Below, in pieces: positions 1 to 8,758 of a DNA stretch of 32,000 bases (position 1 is the first letter of the stretch; each line of letters begins with the position of its first letter). The stretch lies in sequence record MT416612.2, one strand, 5' to 3'. A program made the position numbers and the translations under genes. Under the pieces are notes generated by a model. It was not told the origin of the DNA. It did not search any database and was given only the letters and a program-made list of their open reading frames with translations. Origin of the DNA: Bacillus phage YungSlug.

Positions 1-6
1 GAGCAT

Positions 7-246
7 ATGTTTCCGAACTTTGACGTTCATTCGTTCGATGAGTTAGATTTGAAATTCTATGAACGACTTAAAGAGGAATTTACTTTACTAGAAAAAAGTA
101 AAACACTAAGAGCTTACGCCATGAAGACAAAAGAACTTATGGAGACCAAATTTGACATAGCAGATGATTTATTCTTCCACGAAGAGACAGGTGGGTTTAT
201 GGACAAGAATGGGAACGTTCTTTGGACTCCAGAAGATGATAACTAA
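7..246 (+). CDS. hypothetical protein (79 aa)
   Basis: Complete ORF in the same orientation as the neighbouring genes; no recognisable domain. Confidence 0.6.
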   Translation: MFPNFDVHSFDELDLKFYERLKEEFTLLEKSKTLRAYAMKTKELMETKFDIADDLFFHEETGGFMDKNGNVLWTPEDDN

Positions 247-266
247 ACAGCAGAGGATTGATGTAA

Positions 267-359
267 ATGGCGAAATTCGTTGACACTTTAAAGATTTTTA
301 TATACCAACCCTTAATTTATATAGCTAGAAAGGAAAGGGGTTGTAGCAACCTTGGCTGA
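267..359 (+). CDS. possible small peptide (30 aa, MAKFVDTLKIFIYQPLIYIARKERGCSNLG)
   Basis: Short ATG ORF immediately upstream of, and overlapping, the helicase start; weak evidence. Confidence 0.25.
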   Translation: MAKFVDTLKIFIYQPLIYIARKERGCSNLG

Positions 360-1785
360 TATGTATAACTATGGAATACCTTTCCAAGAAAATATTCTGG
401 CTTTTCTCTGGCGTCATCCAACTTTCTTCTTCTCTTATCGTGATTGTGTAAAACCTCAGTATTTTGAACGAGAGGAACACATTGATATTGCTCGAATTAT
501 CTTTAACTACAAAGACCAATTTAAGAATCCACCTTCTTTAAACGTAATGAAGGAGGAAATAAAGAAGCTTTGTGAAGGTTCTAAGATTAAGATAGAGCGA
601 AAGAACGAATATGAAGAAATTCTTTTAACTCTTGCAAAGATGGATATAGGAGACTATGACTATCTTAAAGAAGAAATTGTTAAGTTCGGTCAGAAACAAG
701 CTCTTATAGAAGCTGTATTTAAGAGTGCTGACGACTTAAAAGCTGGTACGAACTTTGATGCGATTAAAGAACGTATTAACAAAGCGACTTTAGTTGGACA
801 CGGTGTAGACCATCTTGGTGTTGATTACTTTGATACAATTAACGAACGTATGGAAGCCTATGACAATGATGGTGAGGAACGAATTAAAACTGGTAACCCT
901 CTATTTGATAAAGTTCTTTTAGGTGGTTTAGCTAGGAAAGAGCTTGGTATTGTAATTGCTCCACCTGGTACTGGTAAAACGATTTCCCTTGTTAATATTG
1001 GAGTTGGTGCTGTACTAGCTGGTTATAACGTTCTCCATTTATCTCTAGAGATGGATGAAGACAGTATGACTAAACGTTATGACTCTTGTTTCATGAACCG
1101 AGACAGAGAGTATATCAAAGAAAACCGAGATAAAGTTACAAGTGCTCTACAACGTGTAAGTGACATGGTAGAAGGTAAATTGTTTATCAGAGCTTACCCA
1201 CCACGTAAGTTTGGTATGAATGACATGACTTCTTTAGTCTCTATGTTAGAAATAACAAAAGGTGTTAAGATTGACGTTATCATCATAGACTACATCGACT
1301 TGATGAAAGTGTCACGCCAGTATGGTGAGAAACGTCAAGAGCTTGAGATGTTATACGAAGAAGTTCGTGGATTTGGTGCTGAACATAACTGTGCTATGTG
1401 GTCTGCGACTCAGGCAAACCGTGGTTCTTTATCTAAGAAGACTGTAACGATGGCTGATATTGCCGAGTCATTTGGTAAGGCAGCTGTAGCAGATTTCATG
1501 GTTGCAATCTCTCAGACTAAGGAAGAGAAGCGTGAACAACGAGTGCGTTATCATGTTGCTAAGTTCAGACGTGGTAAGTCTGACGAAACGATTCACTGTT
1601 ATATTCATTACGATAAAATCAAAGTCTTGCCAGACAATGAGAGAGGAATTGTCTTCCAAGTAGAAGAGGACGATGATGAAGAAGAATATTCAAGAAAACC
1701 AAAGAGAAGAAAAAGTGATGACACCTCTAAAGGTGAGGAAAGAATAATGGGAAATGTAACTGATATGATGAAAGGTGGAAATTAA
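352..1785 (+). CDS. replicative DnaB-family DNA helicase
   Basis: Walker A GIVIAPPGTGKT, LHLSLEMDEDSMTKR, VIIIDYIDLM Walker B and ATQANRGS motifs typical of DnaB/gp41 RecA-fold helicases. Start may be TTG 352 or ATG 361. Confidence 0.9.
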   Translation: MADMYNYGIPFQENILAFLWRHPTFFFSYRDCVKPQYFEREEHIDIARIIFNYKDQFKNPPSLNVMKEEIKKLCEGSKIKIERKNEYEEILLTLAKMDIGDYDYLKEEIVKFGQKQALIEAVFKSADDLKAGTNFDAIKERINKATLVGHGVDHLGVDYFDTINERMEAYDNDGEERIKTGNPLFDKVLLGGLARKELGIVIAPPGTGKTISLVNIGVGAVLAGYNVLHLSLEMDEDSMTKRYDSCFMNRDREYIKENRDKVTSALQRVSDMVEGKLFIRAYPPRKFGMNDMTSLVSMLEITKGVKIDVIIIDYIDLMKVSRQYGEKRQELEMLYEEVRGFGAEHNCAMWSATQANRGSLSKKTVTMADIAESFGKAAVADFMVAISQTKEEKREQRVRYHVAKFRRGKSDETIHCYIHYDKIKVLPDNERGIVFQVEEDDDEEEYSRKPKRRKSDDTSKGEERIMGNVTDMMKGGN

Positions 1786-2406
1786 ATGCTCTTTATTTAT
1801 AAGATTACTAATATAAAAAGTAACAAAGTTTATATTGGACAAACTCATAAGTTTAAGAGCAGAAAAGCGAAGCATATAAGGAAACTGAAAGCAGGTGAAC
1901 ATCGTATAGAATCCCTTCAGAAAGACTGGGATTCTTACGGTGAAACCAACTTCTCTTTTGACGTAATAAAAGAGTGTACCCCAGAAGAAGCTGATGAGTT
2001 AGAGCGTTATTATGTAAGGTTGTTTAACGCAACTAATAGTAACTATGGTTACAACTCTGAATCTGGAGGAATCATTGGGACTAATCATTCTGAAAAGTCA
2101 AAAAGAAAGATGAGTGACGCTCACAAGAATTTAGATAACCCAGAAAAGAGAAGTAAACGGTTGAGTGAGCTTCATAAGGGAAAAGAAATTTCTGAAGAGC
2201 AAAGAAAATTAATCAGTGATAAAAACGCTGGTGAAGGAAATGGAAGAGCGTTACTCACAACAGTAGAGGTTTTAGAAATTCTTTCTGAGCTTAAAAAGGG
2301 AAAATCTCTGACTGAGCTTGCTGAACGTTTTGGTGTAAAAAGAAGAGTCATAAGAAGAATCAAAAATGGTGAGACTTGGGCTCATGTTAAAACCAAGGAG
2401 GACTAA
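1786..2406 (+). CDS. GIY-YIG homing endonuclease with NUMOD3-type repeats and C-terminal HTH
   Basis: IYKITNIKSNKVYIGQT (GIY-YIG), GTNHSEKSKRKMSDAHK / LSELHKGKEISEEQRKLISD (NUMOD3-like), C-terminal LTELAERFGVKRRVIRRIKNG. Confidence 0.9.
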   Translation: MLFIYKITNIKSNKVYIGQTHKFKSRKAKHIRKLKAGEHRIESLQKDWDSYGETNFSFDVIKECTPEEADELERYYVRLFNATNSNYGYNSESGGIIGTNHSEKSKRKMSDAHKNLDNPEKRSKRLSELHKGKEISEEQRKLISDKNAGEGNGRALLTTVEVLEILSELKKGKSLTELAERFGVKRRVIRRIKNGETWAHVKTKED

Positions 2407-2408
2407 AG

Positions 2409-3491
2409 ATGAAAGCGATATGTTTTGGAGATTTGCATGCCCACATGTTTACTGATTTTAGTGAGATAGATGAGATTACAGGTAACTCAAGGTTTACTCA
2501 TGTTATGAGCTGTTTTGACGCTATGGAAGATTACGCTCTAGAAAATAATATCAAATATATTTTATTTGCTGGGGATATGTTTCACAAGCGTGTGACTATC
2601 AATACAACAGTTTTCAACTTTGTATATAATAGAGTGAGTGACATGACCCAGAAAGGGCTTAGATTTATAATGATTCCTGGAAACCATGACCAGGTTTCCA
2701 ATGAAGACTTTCCTCAGCACTCTTTAGAAACGTTTAAAGAAATAGAAGGTGTAGTTGTACTAGACAGATTTGGTTCTTACATGATTAGTGACTATGAGAA
2801 ACCTTACTATGTGTTCCCTGTACCTTACTCTAAGAATGCTGAGATGGTTAAAAAAGAAATTGAGAAATATGCTTATGAGACAACTAACAATGGGATTGAA
2901 AAGCAATCTATCTTATTGGGACACTTGGGGTTAAGTGGTGCTTTTGTTGGTAAATCAAATTACGCAATGGCGGATGCTTTTACGGTGGAAGACTTATTTC
3001 CACACGCTTTCGCTTTTGGAGTTTTTGGTCACTTCCACCGTGGACAAGAGTTGGGTGGGTACTTCAACTTTTTCTATACTGGTGCACCGCTCCAACACAA
3101 TTTTGGAGATGAAGGTCAAGATAAAGGCTTTACAGTAATAGATTTAGTTACCCAAACAAAAGAGTTCGTTCCGATAGATACACCACAATTTATTACTGTC
3201 ACCTCAGAGGAACTGGATGACCTTGATAAAGCGAAGTTAGAAGGTAACTTTGTAAGATATAAGATAGACGCAGATAAAGTTGAGGATTTGACTGAGAGCC
3301 TTCCTGATGACTCTAAGCATCGAATTGAAGTTCAGAAGAACTACGAAGTGGAAAAACGTGATGTTGCTATAGATTTCTCTATGGCTGACAAAGATGTCTT
3401 AGAGAAATATATGAAAGAGAAGCTTCCAGAAGGTATCGACCCTGCTCGTGCTCTTGAAGTTGGTTTGGAATTATTGGCTGATATCGACTAA
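2409..3491 (+). CDS. SbcD/Mre11-like (T4 gp47-like) recombination nuclease subunit
   Basis: Calcineurin-like phosphoesterase motifs GDLHAH, FAGDMFH, IPGNHD, FGHFHRG. Confidence 0.9.
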   Translation: MKAICFGDLHAHMFTDFSEIDEITGNSRFTHVMSCFDAMEDYALENNIKYILFAGDMFHKRVTINTTVFNFVYNRVSDMTQKGLRFIMIPGNHDQVSNEDFPQHSLETFKEIEGVVVLDRFGSYMISDYEKPYYVFPVPYSKNAEMVKKEIEKYAYETTNNGIEKQSILLGHLGLSGAFVGKSNYAMADAFTVEDLFPHAFAFGVFGHFHRGQELGGYFNFFYTGAPLQHNFGDEGQDKGFTVIDLVTQTKEFVPIDTPQFITVTSEELDDLDKAKLEGNFVRYKIDADKVEDLTESLPDDSKHRIEVQKNYEVEKRDVAIDFSMADKDVLEKYMKEKLPEGIDPARALEVGLELLADID

Positions 3492-3515
3492 TGTTATGTT
3501 GGATGGAGAAGGAAA

Positions 3516-5426
3516 ATGAAATTTTTAAGTGCTGAAGCGACCAATTTTTTATCAGTAAGAAATGTAACTATCCAGCTTTCTAATCAAGGTTTGGTCTTTA
3601 TAGAGGGACGAAACAATGATGACCCTGCTTTTAAGTCGAATGGGGCTGGGAAGTCAACGATTCCTGAAATTATAACTTTTGGATTATTTGAAAAGACAAT
3701 ACGAGGACTAAAACCGAATGAAGTTGTTAATAACACTGTTGGTAAGAACTGTATGGTTGCTATTAACTTTATTGGTGACGATGGTGCTATGTATCGTATT
3801 GAACGTTATAGAAAAGATAAAACGCATAAAAATATGGTGTTTCTACATAGAGATGGTATTAATATTACCGCTAAGAGCACGACTGACACCAATGCTCTGA
3901 TAGAAAAGATTATTCAACTTGACTATCAAACGTATGCCAACTCTATTATCTTTGGCCAAGGATTAGTGAAGATGTTCTCTGTTGCTACTGATGCCGAGAA
4001 GAAACAGATTCTTGAAAAGATTCTTGGTATGGAAAAGTATGCGAAAGCTCTTGAAAATGCTAAAGAGAAGTTGAAAGAGAAGAACATTGACCTTGGTACG
4101 GCAGAGAAGGATGCTGAGCATAATAAGAGTACTGCTGACCGTGTAATTGCTGAGATTGAGTCCTTTAAAGCTTTGGAAGAAAAACATAAAATTAAGACGC
4201 AAGAGGAAATAGATGTTTTAACAGATAAACTTGCTAAGCAACATGACGAGTTAAAACAAGCTGAAACAGAAGCGAACGCTGGTTATGACTCCATGAAGAG
4301 AGATGTTCAGTCTCTTATTGACACTTACGATGAGCAATTACAAGCTTTTGAAGAGATTAGAAGAAAGCGTGATAAAGCACAAGGAACGTATCTTGGAGCC
4401 TGTGCTGAACTTACTAACTTAAAAAGCGGAATCGTTAACTTAAAGAATAAGTATCAAAAGGTTGAAGCTGGGACTGAAAAGACTTGTCCAACTTGCGGTC
4501 AAGATATCCCTGTAGATAAAGAGGGGATTGAAAACGCTCTTAAACATATTAAAGAACAGATGTTGAAAGACTTAAAGGAACAGAAGTTGAAAGAAGAGTC
4601 CGTTGACAAGTATAAAAAAGCTGTAGAAGAATTAGATGCCCAATTAGAAGGCAAAAGAGAACTAGAACAGAAAAAGTCCAAAGCTGAGCGAACAATTTTT
4701 GAGTTAGATGCTTCTATTAAGGTAAGCGCTCAAAAAGTTACTAGTATCAAAAATTCGATTAATGAAACTATTGGTGCTATAAACTCTAAGAAAGCTGACT
4801 TGGATAAAACGTATAAGAGCTTAATAGAAGACCGAGAACATGAACTGGGATTACTCTCTGAAGGTGCGATGGTCTATAGATTAAGAAAAGAAGAGTTAAA
4901 AAGAGACATAGCAATCCTTGAGTTCTGGGTTAAGGCTTATGGTAATGCTGGTATTAAGTCTTACATGTTAAACTCTGTAACTCCATTCTTGAACGAGAAA
5001 GCAAACGGTTTCCTTGGGAAGCTTGCTGGGAATACGACAGAAATTAAATTCTCAACTCAGAAAGAATTGAATAGCGGAGAGAAACGAGAGCAATTTGAAG
5101 TACAAATTAACAACCTTGTAGGTGGCACGTCTTACACTGGTAACTCTGTAGGTGAAAGACGAAGAGTTGATATTGCTATTCAGCTTGCTCTATTCGCTCT
5201 AGTTAAGAACCGTTCAGGAAAAACTATCAACTTTGTATTCTTTGACGAGATGTTTGAAGGACTAGATGAAGTTGGTTGTGAGAACGTAGTTCAAATATTA
5301 ACAGAGCTTGGTCAAGAAATAGAATCAATATACGTAGTTTCACACACTGGGTATCTATCATCGTACTTTGACCACTTCTTGGTTGCTACAAAAGAAAATG
5401 GTGAGACAAAAATCACTAAGGAGTGA
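3516..5426 (+). CDS. SbcC/Rad50-like (T4 gp46-like) recombination ATPase subunit
   Basis: N-terminal FIEGRNNDDPAFKSNGAGKSTI Walker A, central coiled coil with CPTCGQ zinc hook, C-terminal VGERRRVDIAIQLAL signature and FFDEMFEGLD. Confidence 0.92.
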   Translation: MKFLSAEATNFLSVRNVTIQLSNQGLVFIEGRNNDDPAFKSNGAGKSTIPEIITFGLFEKTIRGLKPNEVVNNTVGKNCMVAINFIGDDGAMYRIERYRKDKTHKNMVFLHRDGINITAKSTTDTNALIEKIIQLDYQTYANSIIFGQGLVKMFSVATDAEKKQILEKILGMEKYAKALENAKEKLKEKNIDLGTAEKDAEHNKSTADRVIAEIESFKALEEKHKIKTQEEIDVLTDKLAKQHDELKQAETEANAGYDSMKRDVQSLIDTYDEQLQAFEEIRRKRDKAQGTYLGACAELTNLKSGIVNLKNKYQKVEAGTEKTCPTCGQDIPVDKEGIENALKHIKEQMLKDLKEQKLKEESVDKYKKAVEELDAQLEGKRELEQKKSKAERTIFELDASIKVSAQKVTSIKNSINETIGAINSKKADLDKTYKSLIEDREHELGLLSEGAMVYRLRKEELKRDIAILEFWVKAYGNAGIKSYMLNSVTPFLNEKANGFLGKLAGNTTEIKFSTQKELNSGEKREQFEVQINNLVGGTSYTGNSVGERRRVDIAIQLALFALVKNRSGKTINFVFFDEMFEGLDEVGCENVVQILTELGQEIESIYVVSHTGYLSSYFDHFLVATKENGETKITKE

Positions 5427-5430
5427 TTAT

Positions 5431-5658
5431 ATGGATGCTTCAGCTAAACATAAAGAACTCTCTCAACGAGTAGAGGAATATTTGAACTTTGCTTGCAGGC
5501 GATGTAGATTGCCTGCTGGCGTTCATAAAGATACGAAAAACCCTTTCTGTAATGCTTGTGATGCAGATGTAGTCTTAAAGGCTTTAGGGTTGGAACTATC
5601 TAGAAATATGCACGATATGCGTGTAGAACGCTTCATGAAAGAACAAGAAGAGAAATAA
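5431..5658 (+). CDS. small zinc-finger-like protein
   Basis: CRRCRLPAG...CNACD cysteine pairs; ATG 5431 follows AAGGAG (ORF-track start 5368 overlaps the previous gene). Confidence 0.6.
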   Translation: MDASAKHKELSQRVEEYLNFACRRCRLPAGVHKDTKNPFCNACDADVVLKALGLELSRNMHDMRVERFMKEQEEK

Positions 5659-5670
5659 GAGGGTGATTAA

Positions 5671-6669
5671 ATGTCAGCTATAGCTTATATGGAGAGTTTG
5701 CTTGGCCCATGTGAGATGAATAACGCTGATACGGAAGCCCAGTGGGACTGTCCAATGTGTGATGATTCTCGTTTACGTTTCCGAATGAACGTGACGAAAC
5801 TCAGAGGACATTGCTTTAACTGTAACTGGGGTGGTAGTGTCGTAACCTTTGTAAAAGAGTACCAGAAGGTGACTTGGAGTGAAGCTTACGACATTATAAA
5901 CTTCTATACTGATTTCAAACCTCTACCAACTGATATCTTTGAAGAGATTTATGATAAACTCTACATCGAGGGAAAAGAGGTTGTAATTACAAAGAAATAT
6001 TTCCCACTTCCTGACGACTTTAAGTTGTTGGCTGGTACGACTTCTTTACAAGCTGACCCATACCTTAAATATGCTAGGTCAAGGGGATTGAGTGACAAAC
6101 AGTTAGCGATGCATGGTTTTGGTTTCTGTCCTGAAGGTATGATTCCTTTAGAGAAAGATGCAAAGATGTATCTTAGTAACCGACTTATTATTCAAGCCTT
6201 TGAAGAAACCAAACCTGTGTACTGGATGGGAAGGGATATAACTGGGAGATTAAAACCAAAGACTCTCAACCCACCTACAGGCGTTAATTTAATTGGTAAG
6301 TCAGATATTATCTTTAACTTTGATAAGGTTAAGGAGAATGGCGTGGGAGTAATTACAGAGGGTGTTTACGATGCTACGACTATAGGAGACTTGGGAATGG
6401 CAATGTTTGGTAAAACACTAAGCTCTAAACAATTACTTAAAATCGTACAAGCTGGACTGGAGAAAGTATATGTTATGCTTGACCCAGATGCCTTGGATGC
6501 CGCACTAGCAATGTGCGAGGTATTATCTAAGTATGTAAAAGATGTTTATCTTTGTGTACTTAGAGGTGGTGACCCTAACGAAGTTGGAAAGATGGGTTGC
6601 CTTGAAGCTATTAAAAATGCTGAACGTTATGATAAACTGACGGCATTAAAATATACATTAAAACTTTAG
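5671..6669 (+). CDS. DnaG-like DNA primase (zinc-binding and TOPRIM domains)
   Basis: WDCPMCDDSRLRFRMNVTKLRGHCFNCNWGG zinc-binding domain; VGVITEGVYDATTI and YVMLDPDALDAAL TOPRIM motifs. Confidence 0.85.
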   Translation: MSAIAYMESLLGPCEMNNADTEAQWDCPMCDDSRLRFRMNVTKLRGHCFNCNWGGSVVTFVKEYQKVTWSEAYDIINFYTDFKPLPTDIFEEIYDKLYIEGKEVVITKKYFPLPDDFKLLAGTTSLQADPYLKYARSRGLSDKQLAMHGFGFCPEGMIPLEKDAKMYLSNRLIIQAFEETKPVYWMGRDITGRLKPKTLNPPTGVNLIGKSDIIFNFDKVKENGVGVITEGVYDATTIGDLGMAMFGKTLSSKQLLKIVQAGLEKVYVMLDPDALDAALAMCEVLSKYVKDVYLCVLRGGDPNEVGKMGCLEAIKNAERYDKLTALKYTLKL

Positions 6670-6681
6670 GAGTGAACATAA

Positions 6682-7278
6682 ATGAACACAGAAACTCAAT
6701 TAAGACAACTACAAAATCAACTTGAAAACCTTGCGTTAAAGGTAGACGAACTTGAAAAAACTGTTTCAGACTCGAAAGCACCAAAGTCTGTTGAGATTCC
6801 TTACTACTGTGAACTTAAAGAAATTGGTTATCATCACGATGATGATGCTGGTATTGACTTACCAATTTGGGATGAGCGTTTATTAAATGGTGAAATCTCG
6901 AATAATGGTTCTATTACGTTACAACCTGGTGAGCAAATCATGTTAAAAACTAGTGTATATATGGCTATTCCAGAAGGTCACTATGGGCTTATGGATTCTC
7001 GTTCAGGTACTTCTAAAAAGACTCTTGACTTACTATGTCGTACTGTTGATGCTCCATACCGTGGTAACATTCGTGTAGCGTTTATCAACCACAAGAAAGA
7101 ACCAGTAACAATTTCTAACAGAGACGAGTTATTCCAAATTGTCATCTTAGAAAAAGTAAAAGGTGAAATGAAACGCTTTAATTCTGAAGAAGAGTTCCTT
7201 GCGTATGCTGGTCAAACTGCTCGTGGTAGCGATGGATTTAATAGTAAAGAACGTAAACAACAAGGAGGACAAAAATAA
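6682..7278 (+). CDS. dut: dUTPase (deoxyuridine 5'-triphosphate nucleotidohydrolase)
   Basis: DDAGIDLP, DSRSGTSKK, TVDAPYRGNIRV, RDELFQIVI and C-terminal ARGSDGFNS motifs. Confidence 0.88.
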   Translation: MNTETQLRQLQNQLENLALKVDELEKTVSDSKAPKSVEIPYYCELKEIGYHHDDDAGIDLPIWDERLLNGEISNNGSITLQPGEQIMLKTSVYMAIPEGHYGLMDSRSGTSKKTLDLLCRTVDAPYRGNIRVAFINHKKEPVTISNRDELFQIVILEKVKGEMKRFNSEEEFLAYAGQTARGSDGFNSKERKQQGGQK

Positions 7279-7754
7279 TGATGAGTAAACAAGATGAATT
7301 AAAAGCGATTGGGAAAGTAACTGGAAAAGGTATTGAAGCATTAAATGAGGTTGATTTAAAAGAGGGAACTGCTACAATTTCGAACGAAGATGCAAAACTT
7401 GAAGTTAAGTCTAAGAAGCAAGAACGCTTTGAACAACGTCAGAAAGAAAAGGCTGAGCAAAAGAAGAAAGCTGAAATGAACCGTATGGTTTCTTATGGTG
7501 AAGCTCTTATGATTGCTAGTCGAGTTGGTGATGGAATCTTTGCTCGTGTAACTGAAGCGTATTCTGAACCAGTTCGCTTGTTACTTATTGAAAACCTAGC
7601 ATTAAAAGATATGTTAATTGAAAAAGGTCTTTTACAAAATGAAGAGGAGTACATGAACTATATTGAGGAAGCTGGTAAAAAACTTCTTCAAGTAGGTGAA
7701 AAGGATGAGCAAGGAAAAGAAGACGGAACAACCAAAGAAGAAACGCAAGAATAG
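7278..7754 (+). CDS. hypothetical protein, charged/coiled-coil rich
   Basis: Complete ORF translationally coupled to dut; no clear domain. Confidence 0.6.
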   Translation: MMSKQDELKAIGKVTGKGIEALNEVDLKEGTATISNEDAKLEVKSKKQERFEQRQKEKAEQKKKAEMNRMVSYGEALMIASRVGDGIFARVTEAYSEPVRLLLIENLALKDMLIEKGLLQNEEEYMNYIEEAGKKLLQVGEKDEQGKEDGTTKEETQE

Positions 7755-8259
7755 TAGAGCTAAAGGTTCAAAGTTTGAAAGAGATATAGCAAAGGCGTTA
7801 ACGGACTGGTGGGGCGAAGAGTTCCACCGTGTTCCTGCGTCTGGAGGTTTGCGTTGGGGTAAAGATAACCGAGTTGTTGGGGATATCGTACCACCTCCAA
7901 ATTCAGATTTCCCATTCTCTATAGAGTGTAAAAAGCATGAAGGTTGGGATTTATCCTATATCCTTAGAAATATGGGAGAGTTTCCTAACTGGTGGGCTCA
8001 GTGTACTAGAGATGCCTATAAGGTGGACAAAATCCCATTATTAATATTCTCTAAGAACCGTTCACCTATATACTTCATGATGCCTCATACTAACTTTATT
8101 GGGCTGAAAGGTTATCCGTTACGTTATTCAACGACTCAAGTTACTGTTATCTTGGACAAAGAAAAGGACTTGCTTCAAACTCATACCGTTTGTGTAGGAC
8201 ACTTTGATGACCTTGTAAATTTCTTTCCGAAAGATAAAATTCTTGAATACTTATCGTGA
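7705..8259 (+). CDS. putative PDDEXK-fold nuclease / Holliday-junction-resolvase-like protein
   Basis: RAKGSKFERDIAKAL ... GDIVPPPNSDFPFSIECKKHEGWDL resembles the E...D...ExK active site of phage resolvase-like nucleases. In-frame ATG at 7705 (ORF-track start 7696). Confidence 0.65.
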   Translation: MSKEKKTEQPKKKRKNSRAKGSKFERDIAKALTDWWGEEFHRVPASGGLRWGKDNRVVGDIVPPPNSDFPFSIECKKHEGWDLSYILRNMGEFPNWWAQCTRDAYKVDKIPLLIFSKNRSPIYFMMPHTNFIGLKGYPLRYSTTQVTVILDKEKDLLQTHTVCVGHFDDLVNFFPKDKILEYLS

Positions 8260-8274
8260 TAATACTATTTGAAG

Positions 8275-8306
8275 AAGGGTGCTGAAATAACTGGCACCTT
8301 TCTTTT
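8275..8306 (+). terminator. intrinsic terminator
   Basis: AAGGGTGC-TGAAATAACTG-GCACCTTTCTTTT hairpin plus U-rich tract between operons. Confidence 0.65.
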
Positions 8307-8386
8307 GCATCTAAGGATAAAAATGTAGTTTCGAACCTTTTTTAAGTTAGGAAGGTTTAACCTTCTTATAGAGAGGAGTCCTTAAC

Positions 8387-8758
8387 ATCATAGTATATGC
8401 AAGTTTGACAGGTAACGTAAAAAGATTTTGCGAAAAATTATCTTTCGATTGCAAGAATATTAATGAGTTAGAAAAAATAAATGAACCCTTCATCTTAGTT
8501 ACTTACACAACTGGCTTTGGTAAGGTGCCTGATGAGGTGAAAGACTTCTTGAACAGAATAGATACAAAATACCTGATAGGTGTTTCTGCTTCTGGAAATA
8601 GGAACTGGGGAGATATGTTTGCTAAAAGTGCTGATACAATATCTCAACAATATAATATACCTATTCTAAGTAAGTTTGAACTTCAAGGCACTAACGAAGA
8701 TGTTGAGGTTTTTACCAAGGAGGTAGAAAGGGTTTATGAATCCTATCGAACTAAATAA
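8387..8758 (+). CDS. nrdI: NrdI-like flavodoxin for class Ib ribonucleotide reductase
   Basis: IIVYASLTGNVKRF...LVTYTTGFGKVP...GVSASGNRNWGDMFAKSADTIS...PILSKFELQGTNEDVE. The 8405 TTG start in the ORF track truncates the first beta strand; the apparent start is a non-standard ATC (8387) or ATA (8390). Confidence 0.85.
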   Translation: MIVYASLTGNVKRFCEKLSFDCKNINELEKINEPFILVTYTTGFGKVPDEVKDFLNRIDTKYLIGVSASGNRNWGDMFAKSADTISQQYNIPILSKFELQGTNEDVEVFTKEVERVYESYRTK

